DNA from: Raphidiopsis brookii D9
GTDB taxonomy: Bacteria > Cyanobacteriota > Cyanobacteriia > Cyanobacteriales > Nostocaceae
NCBI GenBank assembly: GCA_000175855.1
Contig: ACYB01000046.1
Coordinates: 207,573-239,572 of the forward strand
Reading direction: 5' to 3'
DNA: 32,000 nucleotides
Position 1 is the first letter of the stretch. Every line of letters begins with the position of its first letter. The position numbers and the translations under genes were made by a program. Positions 25,693-32,000 of the stretch are shown piece by piece. The notes beneath the pieces were generated by a model. That model was not told the origin of the DNA, did not search any database, and saw only the letters and a program-made list of their open reading frames with translations.

Positions 25693-26830
25693 CCAAGGTC
25701 AGAAGATGATGAAAGATCAGGCTAAAAAGTCCATTTTGGTGGAAATTGCCGTAGTAATGGCGATCGCATTATTGCTACTTGTAATTATGCCACTTGTTTT
25801 GACAGAATTTCGCCTAAATTTACTCGGGCGATTTTTATCCCTAGCGATTGTGGGTTTGGGGTTAGATTTGATTTGGGGTTACACAGGGTTACTCAGTTTG
25901 GGACATGGCATTTTTTTTGGCTTAGGTGGTTATGCCATAGCCATGTACTTAAAACTGCAAGTTCCCTCCGGTGAATTACCTGATTTTATGGGACTATATG
26001 GGGTAACAGAATTACCTTGGTTTTGGCATCCGTTTTACTCCTTTGGTTTTGCTGTAATCGCGGTAATTTTGATTCCAGGTTTATTAGCAGGAGTTTTGGG
26101 TTATTTAGTCTTCCGGAATCGCATTAAGGGTGTGTATTTTTCCATTCTTACACAAGCAGCGGTGATCATATTTTTTAACTTTTTCAACGGACAACAAAAG
26201 CTATTTAATGGTACCAATGGTTTAACAGCGTTTAAAACCCTGTTGGGTGTAAGTTTGAATGATAGAGGAATGCAACTTGTTTTGTATAGCCTAACAATTG
26301 TATTTTTAATACTTACCTATGGTCTATTTCGTTGGTTAACCAGTGGTAGATTTGGAAGGTTGTTAATGGCCATTCGAGATGATGAAACTCGCGTCAGATT
26401 TTGTGGATATGATCCTACAGAGTATAAAGTTTTGGTATTTGCAGTTTCCGGTGCGATCGCGGGGATAGCAGGAGCATTCTACGCCATTCAAAGTGGTTCG
26501 GTGTCACCGAGAGCAATGGATATTGGATTCTCCATTGAAATGGTAATTTGGGTAGCGGTAGGGGGAAGAGGAACCCTAACTGGTGCGATTTTAGGGACTT
26601 TACTAGTTAACTATGCACGAACCTTTTTAAGTGAACAATTTGCGGAAATCTGGTTATTTTTCCAAGGTGCACTGTTTTTGGTGGTAGTTACAGTTCTCCC
26701 AGATGGAATGATGGGATGGTTAAAAACTCAAACCCTAGGCTTTGTGAATAGGTCAAGCAAAGTTATTACATATCCAAGTTTAGAACAGGATGTAGAAGTA
26801 GAACATGAACGTAAAAATCTTGGAAACTGA
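25685..26830 (+). CDS. urtC: Urea ABC transporter permease UrtC
   Basis: LivM-like permease (GLLSLGHGIFFGLGGY). The start is uncertain: ATG 25685 overlaps the urtB stop, and ATGs at 25706 and 25709 are alternatives. Confidence 0.8.
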   Translation: MFNQGQKMMKDQAKKSILVEIAVVMAIALLLLVIMPLVLTEFRLNLLGRFLSLAIVGLGLDLIWGYTGLLSLGHGIFFGLGGYAIAMYLKLQVPSGELPDFMGLYGVTELPWFWHPFYSFGFAVIAVILIPGLLAGVLGYLVFRNRIKGVYFSILTQAAVIIFFNFFNGQQKLFNGTNGLTAFKTLLGVSLNDRGMQLVLYSLTIVFLILTYGLFRWLTSGRFGRLLMAIRDDETRVRFCGYDPTEYKVLVFAVSGAIAGIAGAFYAIQSGSVSPRAMDIGFSIEMVIWVAVGGRGTLTGAILGTLLVNYARTFLSEQFAEIWLFFQGALFLVVVTVLPDGMMGWLKTQTLGFVNRSSKVITYPSLEQDVEVEHERKNLGN

Positions 26831-27552
26831 AAATGTAACTGTGAGTTTTGATGGATTTAAGGCCATAAATCGCCTGAATTTCACCATGGAAAAGGGGGAA
26901 TTGCGAGTGGTGATTGGTCCTAATGGTGCGGGTAAAACTACTTTTCTCGATGTAATTACTGGTAAGGTTAAACCAACTCAAGGTAGAGTTTTATTTAAGG
27001 GTAGAAATCTACGTAATTTCAGTGAGCATGAAATTGCTCGTTTAGGAATTGGACGCAAATTCCAAACGCCCAGAATTTACTTAAATCTCACTCCCCGGGA
27101 AAATCTAGAACTCACTAGTAACAGACAGAAAAATTGTTTTTTTTACCCTATTTAGCAGTTCTCATTTTCGCGAACAACAGACTATTAGAGAGTTATTGGG
27201 AACTATTGGGTTAACTTCTAAAGCTGATATTCCTGCTGGGTTACTTTCCCATGGTGAAAAACAAAGATTGGAAATTGGCATGTTAGTTGCCCAATCCCCT
27301 GATTTATTATTGGTGGATGAACCCGTAGCAGGTTTAACAGATGAAGAAACCTACAATATTGGGGAATTATTGTTAACACTTTCTCAAGATCACTCTATTT
27401 TGGTTATTGAACACGATATGGAGTTTGTGAGGCAAATTGCTCGCAAAGTCACCGTATTACATGAAGGTTCCGTATTATGTGAAGGGGATTTCAAACAAGT
27501 GCAAAATGACCCCCGTGTCATTGAAGTATATTTGGGACAGCAACAGGAATAA
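26805..27552 (+). pseudogene. urtD: Urea ABC transporter ATPase UrtD, with the reading frame broken by one extra base between 27109 and 27155
   Basis: The N-terminal half (Walker A GPNGAGKTT) is in one frame and ends at 27155. The C-terminal half (LSHGEKQRLEIGM, LLLVDEPVAGL) is in the +1 frame, open from 27109. A T8 run lies at 27137-27144. Confidence 0.75.
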
Positions 27553-27559
27553 AGGATTT

Positions 27560-28258
27560 ATGTTACAAATCTCCAATCTCAATGTTTATTACGGTGAAAG
27601 TTATATTTTGCGCAATGTGGATTTAAAAATTGCGTCAGGAGAAATGGTTTGCATTATTGGACGTAATGGTGTGGGTAAAACTACCTTACTCAAAACCATT
27701 ATAGGATTACTAAATCCTAGAGATGGTCAGATCCACTTTGCTGGTAATATCATTAATAATCAGTCCCCAGATCAACGGGCAAAAATGGGTATTGGTTATG
27801 TCCCCCAAGGTAGGGAAATTATTCCCAGACTCACAGTCAAGGAAAATCTTTTACTGGGTTTGGAAGCTAGGAAAAAAAGACCAAAAAAACTGGAGATCCC
27901 CGACGAGATTTTCAGCTTGTTTCCAGTTCTAGCAACCATGCTTCACCGTCAAGGTGGTGATTTAAGTGGTGGACAACAACAACAATTAGCAATCGGACGC
28001 GCTCTCATGGGAGATCCCCAATTACTGCTCTTAGATGAACCAACGGAGGGTATTCAACCCTCTATAGTGTTGGAAATTGAGTCCGCAGTGCGTCGGATTG
28101 TGGAAACTAGGGGAGTTTCTGTTTTGTTGGTGGAACAGCACTTACATTTTGTTCGTCAAGCTGACTACTACTATGCTATGCAAAAAGGTGGGATTGTAGC
28201 TTCCGGATCTACCAATGAACTGAGCCAGGATGTAATTCAAAGCTTTTTGGCAGTTTAA
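27560..28258 (+). CDS. urtE: Urea ABC transporter ATPase UrtE
   Basis: Walker A GRNGVGKTT, signature LSGGQQQQLAIGRAL, Walker B LLLLDEPT. The start is at MLQISNL (27560). The longer ORF from 27437 overlaps urtD. Confidence 0.82.
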   Translation: MLQISNLNVYYGESYILRNVDLKIASGEMVCIIGRNGVGKTTLLKTIIGLLNPRDGQIHFAGNIINNQSPDQRAKMGIGYVPQGREIIPRLTVKENLLLGLEARKKRPKKLEIPDEIFSLFPVLATMLHRQGGDLSGGQQQQLAIGRALMGDPQLLLLDEPTEGIQPSIVLEIESAVRRIVETRGVSVLLVEQHLHFVRQADYYYAMQKGGIVASGSTNELSQDVIQSFLAV

Positions 28259-28279
28259 CAAACTACTGATCACTGCTGC

Positions 28280-31709
<3,430 letters not shown>

Positions 31710-31782
31710 AATCGCCAGGAACTACCGGAATTGACAGTGGAAATCACTTTTAATGGTTGATTTTGAGATATTCTAAAAAATA

Positions 31783-32000
31783 ATGCTCGGGAGAATGGCA
31801 ACTGTGAACTTACAAAAACCAATATTAGTGGGAGGATTAGGATTATCCTTTTCTCTATGGATGTTAAACACCTGGCACGACTCTATCATACAAATGGCGG
31901 AGTTGGGTCTGTTAGGTGCTTTAGCAGTTGGTGGAGGATTATGGTTTTTGCCCAAAAGTCAACCCAGTGAGCAGCTACATGATAATCCACCAGATAGAAG
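31783..32000 (+). CDS. Hypothetical membrane protein, 5' part only (runs off the window)
   Basis: ATG 31783 (or 31795) opens MLGRMATVNLQKPILVGGLGLSFSLWMLNTWHDSIIQMAELGLLGALAVGGGLWFLPKSQ..., which contains two predicted TM helices. The frame is open to the window end. Confidence 0.5.
   Translation, partial: MLGRMATVNLQKPILVGGLGLSFSLWMLNTWHDSIIQMAELGLLGALAVGGGLWFLPKSQPSEQLHDNPPDR

Overview
This is a chromosomal window from an AT-rich cyanobacterium. The HIP1 octamer GCGATCGC appears at least 15 times by eye, and the gene content looks Nostocales-like (devBCA-type exporter, hyp cluster, urt operon). Most of the window is ordinary housekeeping DNA. Left to right it contains: a ClC channel with CBS domains (frame broken), pmbA/tldD-family, devB-devC-devA, an O-methyltransferase, a PRK-like kinase, then hypB-hypA-hypE-hypD-hypC on the minus strand. 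A ~1.6 kb AT-rich accessory insert follows, then hypF-holB-tmk (minus), a TM2-domain protein, a Cu-type P1B ATPase, a TPR protein and a complete IS630-family element. After the IS come a 5'-truncated urtA, then urtB, urtC, urtD (frame broken) and urtE. The window ends with pyrG (minus), an SH3b/Amidase_3 cell-wall amidase (frame broken near its 3' end) and the start of a membrane protein. Six things deserve a second look. (1) The hypF|hypC gap holds an overlapping two-gene module, a 79-aa ORF plus an AbiEii/DUF1814-like nucleotidyltransferase, next to a dehydrogenase remnant. This is a candidate non-canonical toxin-antitoxin or abortive-infection cassette. (2) The IS630 element has TA flanks, imperfect inverted repeats and an A8 slippery tract joining its two transposase ORFs. 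It sits at a junction between two unrelated truncated genes (TPR 3' end, urtA 5' end). (3) The urea-transporter operon looks decayed. (4) A ~300 bp foldback, MITE-like or sRNA-like element between tmk and the TM2 gene is bracketed by outward-facing terminator hairpins. (5) A 31-bp perfect palindrome covers the urtB start codon. (6) Four frame disruptions all lie at homopolymer tracts, which could equally be assembly error. I saw no CRISPR array, rRNA or tRNA.
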